Notes: generated by a model not told the origin, from the letters alone. Counted from the stretch's first letter, positions 41,155 through 49,864 are shown. The stretch is DNA of 57,762 nt from an uncultured Christensenella sp. (GCA_910584815.1 CAJUBT010000008.1:1-57762); one strand, 5' to 3'. Program-made: numbers and translations.

Positions 41155-42639
41155 ATGGTAGATTTAACAACCGCAGTTATTATGGCTGGTGGCAAAGGCA
41201 CAAGGCTTGCTAGTGTAACAGGTGTGTTGCCAAAACCAATGGCTAAAATTAGAAATTTAGAACAAACTGGGCATAGTTTAGATGCAGATGATACTATTCT
41301 AGCGCATCAAATAGATTTATTGTCGCAAGAAGGCATAACAAATTTTATTCTAGTAGTGGGCAATAAAAAAGGCTTCATTCAAGATGCCTTTACAGATGAG
41401 AAAATTAATGAATTATTACCTGATAGAAACATTTCTATTAGGTACTTTGAAGAGCAAGAGCAGAACCCTTTAGGTACAGGGGGCTCTTTTTGTTCTAAAG
41501 ACCTTCAACGAATGATTGGTCAAGATGACTTTTTATTAACTTACGCTGATGTACTGTTTGATATAAATATTCAAGATATGTTTAAGTTCCATAAGCAAGA
41601 AGGTGCAGATGCAACAATGTTAGTTGGTGCTTGTAAGGAACCAGATGATAGAGTTTTGTGTTGCCTAGGTGATGATGGTAGCGAAATTACAAGGCTTATA
41701 CCTAAACAAGGGAAAGGAGAAGCTCCAAGAGGATGTGCATTTCCTAACATTGCAAGGAATGGAATTACAATTTTTAATTCAAGTTTATTTGAAACTTTAC
41801 CACAAGAATGTACTTATATGGATATGGAAACCGACATTTTAACTCCTATGGTATATAATCCTAAATACAAAGTTTGTGCTTGGAAAACTCCTTGTTATGT
41901 AAAAGACATTGGAACAGTTGACAGATACTTTGAAGGAGTTTCAGATTTACAGGAGGGTATTCCTCAAGCTAAAAATCCTGCAAAAACAGAACAGTCTTGC
42001 GTTATATTTAGAGAACAAGATTTAATTAACGATGGAAAGTTAGACATTGATTCCGCAAGGGCAATAGAAGAACTTAACGAAAAGGGTGTTATTGTTGGTT
42101 TACAATGTGTTGAAAAAGTTTTGCCAAAAGAAACAACCATAGGGGAAATGGCAATTGACACCGCTCTTAATCGTCAAGGTAAAGGCGCTTTTGTTAACTT
42201 TAAATTTGGTGAAGAAGACATTGCTCCATTAGTTAAGGCTATGGAAGAATGGAATATTTCTCAGGAAAGAACTTATGTTATAGAAAATGCCATAGGTTAT
42301 GGATATTTAGTTTCCAATTTTTCAAAAGGGGACCAATCTTTTCAATTATCTCCAATTTCTGCTACTTATCAAATTTTACAAACAATAGAAAATCAAAAAA
42401 CTCAACAAGAATTAATGCAACACGATTCGCAAGTGTTTGGAGAACTACAAACTATGTTTGGCATTTCTCAGGAAGATACTACTATGAATACAGAGGAAGT
42501 TACAGATATGCCAGTTGACATTGCAGCTATAGAAAATATTGGAAGAGAACATACTTCATACGGTGAAACAAATGCTGCACAAGATGTTAGACTTATGCAG
42601 TCTGTTCTTCAAGGACCTGTTGAAGATATGAACAAATAA
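41155..42639 (+). CDS. Sugar-phosphate nucleotidyltransferase fused to a ~240-aa C-terminal domain (possibly degenerate HAD-like)
   Basis: 494 aa with AAGGTGG RBS and N-terminal MAGGKGTRL...LPKPM motif. The C-terminal half has no catalytic motif I can recognise. Confidence 0.65.
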   Translation: MVDLTTAVIMAGGKGTRLASVTGVLPKPMAKIRNLEQTGHSLDADDTILAHQIDLLSQEGITNFILVVGNKKGFIQDAFTDEKINELLPDRNISIRYFEEQEQNPLGTGGSFCSKDLQRMIGQDDFLLTYADVLFDINIQDMFKFHKQEGADATMLVGACKEPDDRVLCCLGDDGSEITRLIPKQGKGEAPRGCAFPNIARNGITIFNSSLFETLPQECTYMDMETDILTPMVYNPKYKVCAWKTPCYVKDIGTVDRYFEGVSDLQEGIPQAKNPAKTEQSCVIFREQDLINDGKLDIDSARAIEELNEKGVIVGLQCVEKVLPKETTIGEMAIDTALNRQGKGAFVNFKFGEEDIAPLVKAMEEWNISQERTYVIENAIGYGYLVSNFSKGDQSFQLSPISATYQILQTIENQKTQQELMQHDSQVFGELQTMFGISQEDTTMNTEEVTDMPVDIAAIENIGREHTSYGETNAAQDVRLMQSVLQGPVEDMNK

Positions 42640-42757
42640 TTTTTGTTAAAAATAAAAAAAAGACAAGGCAAAACCGTTTTAAATGTCTTGTTTTTTTATT
42701 TTCTAAATTGTATAATTTTATTATTATTGTTTTATTTTAAAGGGAGAATATATACAA

Positions 42758-43645
42758 ATGATTGATATGCACATTCACACAAAAAATTCAGATGGAATTT
42801 ACAATGTTGCAGAAATTTTAGAAATGGCAGAACAAAAGAAATTAGACTATATTTCGTTTACAGACCACGATAGAGTAAGTGCTTATGAAGAATTAAAAGG
42901 TATTGCAAAAAAAGCAATTTTTTCTGGCAAAATTATTCCTGGATGTGAACTTAGGTTTGTTTACGATAAAACACAATTTGAAGTTTTGTGTTATGGTTAT
43001 GATTATGATAAATTTAGTAAATCTTATTATGTTTCAGTAGATGCCTATATAAACATTAAAAAAGGTATTTTAAAAAATTGTCTTGAAAAGGGTAAACTTC
43101 TTGGGTTTGTATATAATAAAATAGAATTTCACCCAGAAACAAAACCTGAAAAAGATTTTTATATGGAAATTATAAAACACGAAGAAAATTTGCCAATTCT
43201 TCAAAAATATGACATTAAACATTCAGGTGAATTTTTTAGAAAACTTATTGCAAATAAACAAAGCCCAATGTTTTTTGATGCCACCGATTATTCTTTGAGT
43301 TTTGATGATGCTGTGGATTTTGTTCACGAATGTGGTGGAATTGCAGTTTTAGCACATCCATTTGGCGTTTATCAAATAGAAGACCCTAAAAAACTTTTAA
43401 GCGAACTCCTAGCAAAAAATAAATTAGATGGTTTAGAATGCTGTCACGCGGATATTACTACAGAACAAAGCGAGTATCTACTTGATTTATGTAAAAAACA
43501 TAATTTAGTATCTACAGGTGGAAGCGATTTTCACGGTTATCCTGGTCAATCTTTTGCAAAGTGGAACAAAGGCTCAAAAGATATTGAAACTAAATTAATA
43601 GACAAATTCTTAGAAAAAATAGATAAAAGCAAAATAATAGATTAA
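42758..43645 (+). CDS. PHP-domain phosphoesterase
   Basis: 295 aa with AGGGAG RBS. Motifs DMHIHTKNSDG, AHP and GGSDFHG. Confidence 0.8.
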   Translation: MIDMHIHTKNSDGIYNVAEILEMAEQKKLDYISFTDHDRVSAYEELKGIAKKAIFSGKIIPGCELRFVYDKTQFEVLCYGYDYDKFSKSYYVSVDAYINIKKGILKNCLEKGKLLGFVYNKIEFHPETKPEKDFYMEIIKHEENLPILQKYDIKHSGEFFRKLIANKQSPMFFDATDYSLSFDDAVDFVHECGGIAVLAHPFGVYQIEDPKKLLSELLAKNKLDGLECCHADITTEQSEYLLDLCKKHNLVSTGGSDFHGYPGQSFAKWNKGSKDIETKLIDKFLEKIDKSKIID

Positions 43646-43986
43646 CTTATGGTACTTTTTTCTAAAATAAATTTAGTAAAAATAAGTTTATTACATTGTA
43701 ATTAAAATTACATAGAATCATTTAACAGAAATTATTAAAATGCTTTGTGGAATAGAAACTAAAAAATACTAAGAACTTATAAATATAAATAGGTTAAGGT
43801 GTTAATTCTTTAAAAAATAATTATAATTTTTTGCTTCTTTTTAATTTTTAAATTAGTTAAGATTTATGTTAATTTGATTTTTAAACTATTTGTTTATTAT
43901 AACTCAAAACTGCAATCAGTAGAGTGTGCTTGTTTCAATATGTTAGTTACTTTTAAAAAAAATAAATAATAAAGGTTTTTAAATTT

Positions 43987-44433
43987 ATGGTTAAAATTAT
44001 CGTTTTAAGTGATTCTCACGGAAATAAAAAAAATTTAGAAAGTTTACTTGAAACCTCTAACTATAATTATGTTTATTATTTGGGCGATGGTTTAAGGGAT
44101 ATAGAAAACTTTTGTGAAACCAATATTAAAAAAGTTTGTGGCAATTGTGACCATTTTTCAAACGAAGCAGTTACAAGATATGAGAAACTGGAAGGTTTTA
44201 AAATTATGTTAACTCACGGTCACGATTTTAAAAGTAAGTTTACCAAAGCATTAATGTTAGAAAATGCAAAAAATAATGCTTGCGATATTGTATGTTCAGG
44301 GCATACTCATAAACAGGGTATGGAATATATTGATGGTATTTTATTTATAAATGGTGGTGCGTTTAAAAATAATCAATATGCTGTTTTAACTCTACAGCAA
44401 AATCAATCTCCGCAGGTAGAGTTCTTTAATTAA
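43987..44433 (+). CDS. YfcE/MJ0936-family metallophosphoesterase
   Basis: 148 aa with motifs VLSDSHGN, GD, LTHGH, SGHTH. Confidence 0.8.
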   Translation: MVKIIVLSDSHGNKKNLESLLETSNYNYVYYLGDGLRDIENFCETNIKKVCGNCDHFSNEAVTRYEKLEGFKIMLTHGHDFKSKFTKALMLENAKNNACDIVCSGHTHKQGMEYIDGILFINGGAFKNNQYAVLTLQQNQSPQVEFFN

Positions 44434-44440
44434 ATTATTT

Positions 44441-44475
44441 AAAACATATAGCAAAGCCTTGTTATATGTTTTTTT
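44441..44475 (+). terminator. Rho-independent terminator
   Basis: Stem AAAACATATA/TATATGTTTT with 12-nt loop, followed by a T run. Confidence 0.55.
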
Positions 44476-44943
44476 GTTATAGAAAGTTAAACCTTTTCTT
44501 TAAGTAGCTTTTAATGTATTTTATAGTTTTTATTTGTGCATTTAAATATAAATAAAATATTAAATATCTTTTAATTAAATTTGCTTTTTCTATTATGCTT
44601 TTAACCTTTTATTATGTCGTAAATAATTTTAATTAAAAACTACTTTTAAAATTTATTATAATAGAATTACTTTAAAAATGTTTTATTATTAAAAAAATAA
44701 AAATAGTGTTGTTAAACTTAGCAACATTATTTTTTATTATAAAAATTTTAATTTGTTAATTTTACTAATAAACTATTATTCCCATAATTATTAATAAGAA
44801 TAGTTCTTATAAAGTTTACGCATAATAAGAGCAACTCCAATAACATTAAATAATAAATACGAATTTTTCTTATTTATTAAAAATAAAAATTCTAAAATTT
44901 GATAATAATGCGAAACTATATAAAATTATAATAAGGAGAGATT

Positions 44944-45288
44944 ATGAGGCTAAAGGAAATTAGAAAGCAAAAAGGTTTAAAACAAAATAAAGTAGCTCAA
45001 GATTTACAAATTAATGTTGTAACCTATAATGGCTATGAAACTGGGAAAAGCGAACCTAACATTCAAATTATATTAAAACTAGCAGATTATTTTAATGTTA
45101 CAACAGATGAACTTTTAGGGGCTCAAAGCAAACTTCCAACCCTTAGCGAAAAAAGTGCCTTACTTGGAAGAGTAAACCAGTTAACTGAAAACGAATGCCA
45201 CAAATTAAACATTTATGCTGAAGCACTTATGTTTGCAAGAGTTGAACATAAAGACAAAATAAATAAAATTATTAGAGATGAAGAATAA
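44944..45288 (+). CDS. XRE-HTH protein, DGR-adjacent paralog 1
   Basis: 114 aa with AAGGAGAG RBS. N-terminal HTH_3-like region and conserved C-terminal LTENECHKLNIYAEAL. Confidence 0.8.
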   Translation: MRLKEIRKQKGLKQNKVAQDLQINVVTYNGYETGKSEPNIQIILKLADYFNVTTDELLGAQSKLPTLSEKSALLGRVNQLTENECHKLNIYAEALMFARVEHKDKINKIIRDEE

Positions 45289-45608
45289 TGAAACTAAAAG
45301 AAATAAGAAAAAAACTTAAAATAAATCAAGATGAACTTGCAAAGGTTTTAAACACAACGCAGCATACAATTTCTAATTACGAAAACAATAAAACTCAACC
45401 AAGCATAGAAGACATTGTAACTTTAGCAAAGTTTTTAAATGTAACAGCAGATGAGTTGCTTGGAATGAATGTAAATAACGAAAATTTAATTGAAAGAAAC
45501 TTGCTATTCAAAACAATTAATGGCTTAACCGAAAGTGAATGCCATAAGTTAAATATATATGCAGAGGCATTAATAACTGAAAGAGAAATATATAAAGATA
45601 AAATTTAA
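45288..45608 (+). CDS. XRE-HTH protein, DGR-adjacent paralog 2
   Basis: 106 aa. The start overlaps the previous stop (TAATG). Same two-part architecture (LTESECHKLNIYAEAL). Confidence 0.8.
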   Translation: MKLKEIRKKLKINQDELAKVLNTTQHTISNYENNKTQPSIEDIVTLAKFLNVTADELLGMNVNNENLIERNLLFKTINGLTESECHKLNIYAEALITEREIYKDKI

Positions 45609-45630
45609 AAGAAACTAAAGAAGAGATAAA

Positions 45631-45993
45631 ATGAATTTAAAAGAAATACGAAAAAGAAATAAAAAGAATCAGAAAGAAGTTGCAGATTTTTTAAATGTTA
45701 TGCAATCTACCTATAGCGGATATGAAGTTGGTAGGGTGGAAATGACGGGGGAAACAATTATAAAATTATCTAACTATTTTAACGTTACAACCGATGAACT
45801 TTTAGGGGTAAAGAGAGAAGAAAAAACATTAACTCAAAAAAATACCCTTATGAATAAAATTAACAATTTAACAGAAAATGAATGTTATAAATTAAATGTC
45901 TATGCAGATGCTTTAATTATAAACAGAGAAGAACATAAGCAAAAAATTAACAAACTATTAACGGAAGAAAATGAAAAATTAACAAATTTTTAA
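45631..45993 (+). CDS. XRE-HTH protein, DGR-adjacent paralog 3
   Basis: 120 aa with the same architecture (LTENECYKLNVYADAL). Confidence 0.8.
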   Translation: MNLKEIRKRNKKNQKEVADFLNVMQSTYSGYEVGRVEMTGETIIKLSNYFNVTTDELLGVKREEKTLTQKNTLMNKINNLTENECYKLNVYADALIINREEHKQKINKLLTEENEKLTNF

Positions 45994-46063
45994 GCAATTT
46001 TAAAAATTAAATTTTAACCTATAAAAAATTTATAAAATAAATAAACTTGATAAAACCTAAAAT

Positions 46064-46101
46064 AACCCAAAATTTCTAAACAATTTCTGGGTTGTTTTTT
46101 T
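46064..46101 (+). terminator. Terminator-like hairpin between HTH triplet and RT
   Basis: AACCCA...TGGGTT imperfect stem followed by T7 (46095-46101). Confidence 0.45.
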
Positions 46102-46167
46102 ATTTAATTAAACAAAATTTAAATATTAAATTGGAATATAATCAATAAAGTTGTATATTAAAAATAT

Positions 46168-47316
46168 ATGATAGAAAACCGTTTCAACGAAGTTTTTAGT
46201 TTTGAAAATTTATATAAAGCCCACCTAAAAGCAAGGCTTTCTAAAAGAGATAAAAAAAGCATTGTAAAATACGAAATGGAATTAATTAGTAATTTGTATG
46301 ACCTATATAAAAAAATTCAAAATGGAACTTATAATATAGGTGTTTATAGCAAATTTATTGTTTACGAACCCAAAAAAAGACAAATTCAAACTTTGAATTA
46401 TTACGACCGAATTGTTCAGCACGTTTTATGTGATAATTTACTTATGCCTTATTTTACAAAGCGTGCTGTTTTAGATAATTGTGTTTGCCAAGTTGGGAAA
46501 GGCACTCACTTTGCCCACGACCGATTAAAAGCAAATTTGCATAAATTAATTAAAAAAAATTCTAATGACATTTGGTGCTTAAAGTGCGACATAAAAAAAT
46601 ATTTTCCAAGTTTGCCCCATAAAAATTTAGTTGAAACTTTTTGCAAGCATATTAGAGATGTTAACTTAAAAAATATGGTGGCGCAGATTATTGATAGTTT
46701 TCATACCAGTGAGGTTTTTCTTAAAAAACATAACATTTCACCACTTGGTTTAACAAAAACAGAAAGGGGGATTCCTATTGGCAACCAAACCAGCCAAGTT
46801 TTTGGAATGTTTTACTTAAATAGTTTAGACCGTTTAGTTAAGGAAAAATTAAGGATAAAAGTTTACAGCAGATATATGGACGATTTTTTGTTGTTTAGTG
46901 AAAGTAAAGAAAAATTAACATATGCTTTTAAACATATTAAGGAACATATTAAAAATATAGGTTTACAATTAAATTCTAAAACTCAAATGTTTCCGTTAAA
47001 AAATGGATTTAATTATTTGGGTTTTAATTATTCAGTTACCAAAACTGGTAAAATTTTAAAAACAATAACAACAAAAACTCGTAGAAGAATGAAATGGAGA
47101 GTTAGATACCTTAAAAAACTATATGAAGCAAAGCTAATTAATTCTGAACGGGTTGAAAGGTCGTTAGTTGCTTTTCACGGCCATTTGTGCCACGCAAAAT
47201 GTTGGTACTTAGAAAACAAACTGAGAAATGGGCTAAAACCAATGTTGCCGAAAGAAGTTTTTGAACGAGCAATAAAAAGTAAGAAAAAGAAAACTAAAGC
47301 AGTTATGTTAAAATAA
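46168..47316 (+). CDS. DGR reverse transcriptase
   Basis: 382 aa. Has the DGR-diagnostic motif 4 IPIGNQTSQVFGMFYLN (SQ rather than SP) and catalytic YMDDF. Also FENLYKAH...KRDKK, YEPKKRQI and DRIVQHVL. There is no SD. A promoter-like TTGGAA-17-TATATT ends 8 nt before the ATG. Confidence 0.9.
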   Translation: MIENRFNEVFSFENLYKAHLKARLSKRDKKSIVKYEMELISNLYDLYKKIQNGTYNIGVYSKFIVYEPKKRQIQTLNYYDRIVQHVLCDNLLMPYFTKRAVLDNCVCQVGKGTHFAHDRLKANLHKLIKKNSNDIWCLKCDIKKYFPSLPHKNLVETFCKHIRDVNLKNMVAQIIDSFHTSEVFLKKHNISPLGLTKTERGIPIGNQTSQVFGMFYLNSLDRLVKEKLRIKVYSRYMDDFLLFSESKEKLTYAFKHIKEHIKNIGLQLNSKTQMFPLKNGFNYLGFNYSVTKTGKILKTITTKTRRRMKWRVRYLKKLYEAKLINSERVERSLVAFHGHLCHAKCWYLENKLRNGLKPMLPKEVFERAIKSKKKKTKAVMLK

Positions 47317-47393
47317 AATATTAAAAAAATATTAAGTAAGAGAAGAATAAAAAAGCCAAGCATAATTATAAAAAGGGAAATGAATAGGTGACA

Positions 47394-47473
47394 ATGTGCT
47401 GTTAAATTTTAAACTATTAAAATTTAATGCAAAATTAAAATTTTGCCTAAAACCTTTGGTTTTAGCAGCACAT
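47394..47473 (+). other. Structured RT-avd intergenic element
   Basis: A 13-bp closing helix ATGTGCTGTTAAA/TTTAGCAGCACAT has one U-G wobble that is valid only on the + strand. It encloses the hairpin GCAAAAT-TAAA-ATTTTGC. Confidence 0.35.
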
Positions 47474-47522
47474 AACTGCCAACAACTAACCACTAATTAC
47501 ATAAGATAAGGAGAATAAATAA

Positions 47523-47921
47523 ATGGATGAAAATAGGGTTGCAAGAACATTAATATCTCACGATAAAAGCAAAGATATGGCTGTGTTCACCCACGCCAAA
47601 AAATTAAGCGAATATATTTTTGTTATAACCGAAAAATCTCCTAAAAAATTAAGATGGAGTATTATAACAAGAATGCAAAACATATCGGTTGAAATTATAG
47701 AAAACCTATACCGTGCAAACTTAGAAAGGGGAGAACTTAGGGTAGAATATCAAAAGCGTGCCTATGTTAATGTGCAATTGCTAGACTATTATGCCTCTAC
47801 CGCAAAAACAATGCAAGCAATAAACAATCACCAAATGTTAGTGCTTGGCAAGAGCTTGCTAGATGTTAAAAAATTGTTACTAGGTTGGGTTAAAGCAACT
47901 AAAAATAACCTTTCAACCTAG
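47523..47921 (+). CDS. avd: Avd-like accessory variability determinant (four-helix-bundle, 23S rRNA IVS protein family)
   Basis: 132 aa with AAGGAGA RBS, basic and helical. The pattern F.HAKKLSEYIFVITEK.PKK.R.SI..RMQN.S.EI.EN..RAN is typical of Avd. Lies adjacent to the RT. Confidence 0.8.
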   Translation: MDENRVARTLISHDKSKDMAVFTHAKKLSEYIFVITEKSPKKLRWSIITRMQNISVEIIENLYRANLERGELRVEYQKRAYVNVQLLDYYASTAKTMQAINNHQMLVLGKSLLDVKKLLLGWVKATKNNLST

Positions 47922-48168
47922 TTGAGAACTTAATATATAATATATTATATATAATAACTATATAATAATATATCCTATTTATATAAACCTATTTATATAA
48001 ACCTGTTAGTAATTAAGTTTGTTGGTTTATTGTTAAACTTATTTTAAAATAAATTTTTAAATAAGTTTGCTGAGTTTTGTTGTAAAAATTTTATATATAT
48101 GTTTGCTTGTTTTTTTTTTAAGATAGTTAAATTAACTTATTGCTTTTTTTTTAAAAAATTTTAAATAT

Positions 48169-48201
48169 TGTGCTATAAACTTAAATAGCACAAATTTTTT
48201 A
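48169..48201 (+). terminator. Terminator after avd
   Basis: 9-bp stem TTGTGCTAT/ATAGCACAA with 8-nt loop, then ATTTTTT. Confidence 0.55.
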
Positions 48202-48251
48202 TGTGCCAAAAAAACAAAACAAACCTACAAAACAATGTTTTGTTAAAATTA

Positions 48252-48475
48252 CCTTAAAGCCTCACCGCACCGCCGAAACTTAAAAAAACAAAATTTTATT
48301 TTTTTAGGCTTTTTGCTTGCTAATGCCTCAAAACAAAATTTAAAATTTTTGCGTTGTGACAAGATGAGGCCACATTCACCCTCGCCATATTCTGTTGGCA
48401 ATTAGGTAGGATAGAAACCCCTTCACCACAAATCAATATCGGCTTAACTGTTATAAATAGTTAAGAACAGGAATT
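48252..48475 (-). ncRNA. Structured RNA island 1 (3' of TR-1 in the TR sense)
   Basis: GC-enriched block in an AT-rich spacer. Conserved core AGGTAGGATAGAAACCCCTTCACCACAAATCAATATCGGCTTAAC. Helices GCCTCA(48259)/TGAGGC(48365) and CTTAACT(48443)/AGTTAAG(48459). Confidence 0.5.
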
Positions 48476-48783
48476 TAACACTTTTAACATTGTTGTTGGT
48501 TTATAAAAAAAGTTTGCTCCTATATTTTATAGTTTTAAAACCATATGTAAAGTTTTTAAATCTGTAAACTTTTTTTGCCTTTTATAAACTTAAAACCATA
48601 AAAACTTAAAATATATTTTATTTAAAAATTTAAAAGTTTGTTTTTATAAACATACTTTTTTTAAAATATTCAAATTTTAAAATTTTTATAATGCTTTTAA
48701 ATTTAAAACTTTTAAAGACTTGTTAAAAAATAAAAAGCAAATTAGGAACCATATTTTTTTAAACCTTAACAAATAAAAAGGCG

Positions 48784-48904
48784 GTGAAGCGCGGGACGAA
48801 CGGCGTTAGAATTGTGAACGTTGTTATTACTCCAATCAGCGCCAGAAGGGTTGAGTATATACGCATTGTTAGCATTATTGTTGTTGCCAGACCGCAACCA
48901 CGAA
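48784..48904 (-). repeat. DGR template repeat TR-1 (intact, no cognate VR in window)
   Basis: 121 nt with the same 18-nt and 22-nt end blocks as the VR. 12 in-frame AAY codons and no stop. Differs from TR-2 at 17 internal positions. Confidence 0.75.
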
Positions 48905-49338
48905 AGAAAGAGAAAAAGGCCCCGACCTAATTACAAGGTTTTTACCCCTTAATATAAAACTATCATAAAACTTTAAATTATGTAAAACATAATAGTTTTA
49001 TTTTTTTTGATTATAAAATAAATTTTTAAAATTTGTTTTGAATTGTTCAGCTTTTTTAGTTTTTTATTGTTTTTTTAAAAAAATGCTTTTACAAAAAAAC
49101 TAATTAAAAACAAATGCAAAACAATTTAAAAAACTTAGCCTTAGCATTATATAAAACTTTTTTTAAATTTTTTTATTTATAAAAAACACAAAATTTAAAA
49201 TAAAAAAAGGTTTAATTAACAATTTAAAGCATTTTTTAAATGCACATAAAAGGTTTAGCAAAAAAAAATTAAAAGCCTTTAACCTTTATGCTTTTTTATT
49301 TTTAAATTTGCTTAAAGTTTTAAAAAAACTGAATAAAA

Positions 49339-49565
49339 AAAGCCCTACCGCACCACCACCTTAGTTACTAAAAAAAATTATTAATTTTTTTAGTAAGGGC
49401 TTTTGCTCACACCCCAAAACAAAATTAACTTTTGTGTTGGAGTAAGGTAAGGCAATATTCACCCACGCCACATTTATTTTTTGTTGGCAAGCAGGTAGGA
49501 CAAAAATCCCTTCACCACAAATCAACTTCGGCTTAACTGGTGTTAATAGTTAAGAACAGGAAAAA
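49339..49565 (-). ncRNA. Structured RNA island 2 (3' of TR-2 in the TR sense)
   Basis: Same core as island 1. Helix GCCCTACC(49342)/GGTAAGGC(49446) is C:A on the + strand but U:G on the - strand. Hairpins at 49414-49440 and 49532-49554. On the - strand the last helix is followed by U7. Confidence 0.55.
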
Positions 49566-49743
49566 CCCTTTTAATGCACCATTTAAAAATAAACTAGGTT
49601 TTTTTTAGGCTTTAAAACTTAAAAGTTTTGTTAAGTTTTTAACCGCTAGCACAAGCACTTAAACTTGTTTAAAAATTTTTGCAATAAAAAACTTAAAACA
49701 AAAAAAGTTAGTTGCCATAAAATAAACCTACACATTAAAAGGT

Positions 49744-49864
49744 GGTGAAGCGCGGGACGAACGGCGTTAGTATTGTTGACATTATTATTACCGTTACTAG
49801 CGCCAGAAGAATTGAGATTGTAAGCATTGTTAGCATTATTGTTGTTGCCAGACCGCAACCACGA
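49744..49864 (-). repeat. DGR template repeat TR-2 (cognate of VR 53016-53136)
   Basis: Its reverse complement aligns gap-free with the VR. 18 mismatches, 17 of them at TR adenines. 15 in-frame AAY codons. Confidence 0.9.

Noticed and set aside
40519-44943. tRNA-Arg as the integration site of a genomic island carrying the DGR
   Set aside because: There is no integrase or recombinase, and I could not spot a direct repeat of the tRNA 3' end. The tRNA 3' end also points away from the DGR side. Composition differences are anecdotal without computation.
46168-47316. RT as a retron, group II intron or Abi-type RT
   Set aside because: Motif 4 has the DGR-specific SQ (IGNQTSQ). An Avd-like gene and a TR/VR pair with A-specific mismatches are present. 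I see no intron ribozyme domains (no domain V-like hairpin flanking the ORF), no maturase/En domain, and no msr/msd inverted repeats.
47974-48004. Tandem 14-mer CCTATTTATATAAA x2.2 just after avd
   Set aside because: It is too short and too AT-rich to distinguish from slippage or low complexity, and it has no partner elsewhere in the window. Noted only as a possible protein-binding site.
49646-49858. 70-aa minus-strand ORF MRSGNNNNANNAYNLNSSGASNGNNNVNNTNAVRPALHH... (also the + strand ORF 49742-49945 and the minus-strand ORF 52935-53135)
   Set aside because: These are translations of TR-2 (sense and antisense) and of the VR antisense strand. They have non-ATG or fortuitous starts and no RBS, and asparagine runs are the expected AAY-codon signature of a DGR template, not a gene.
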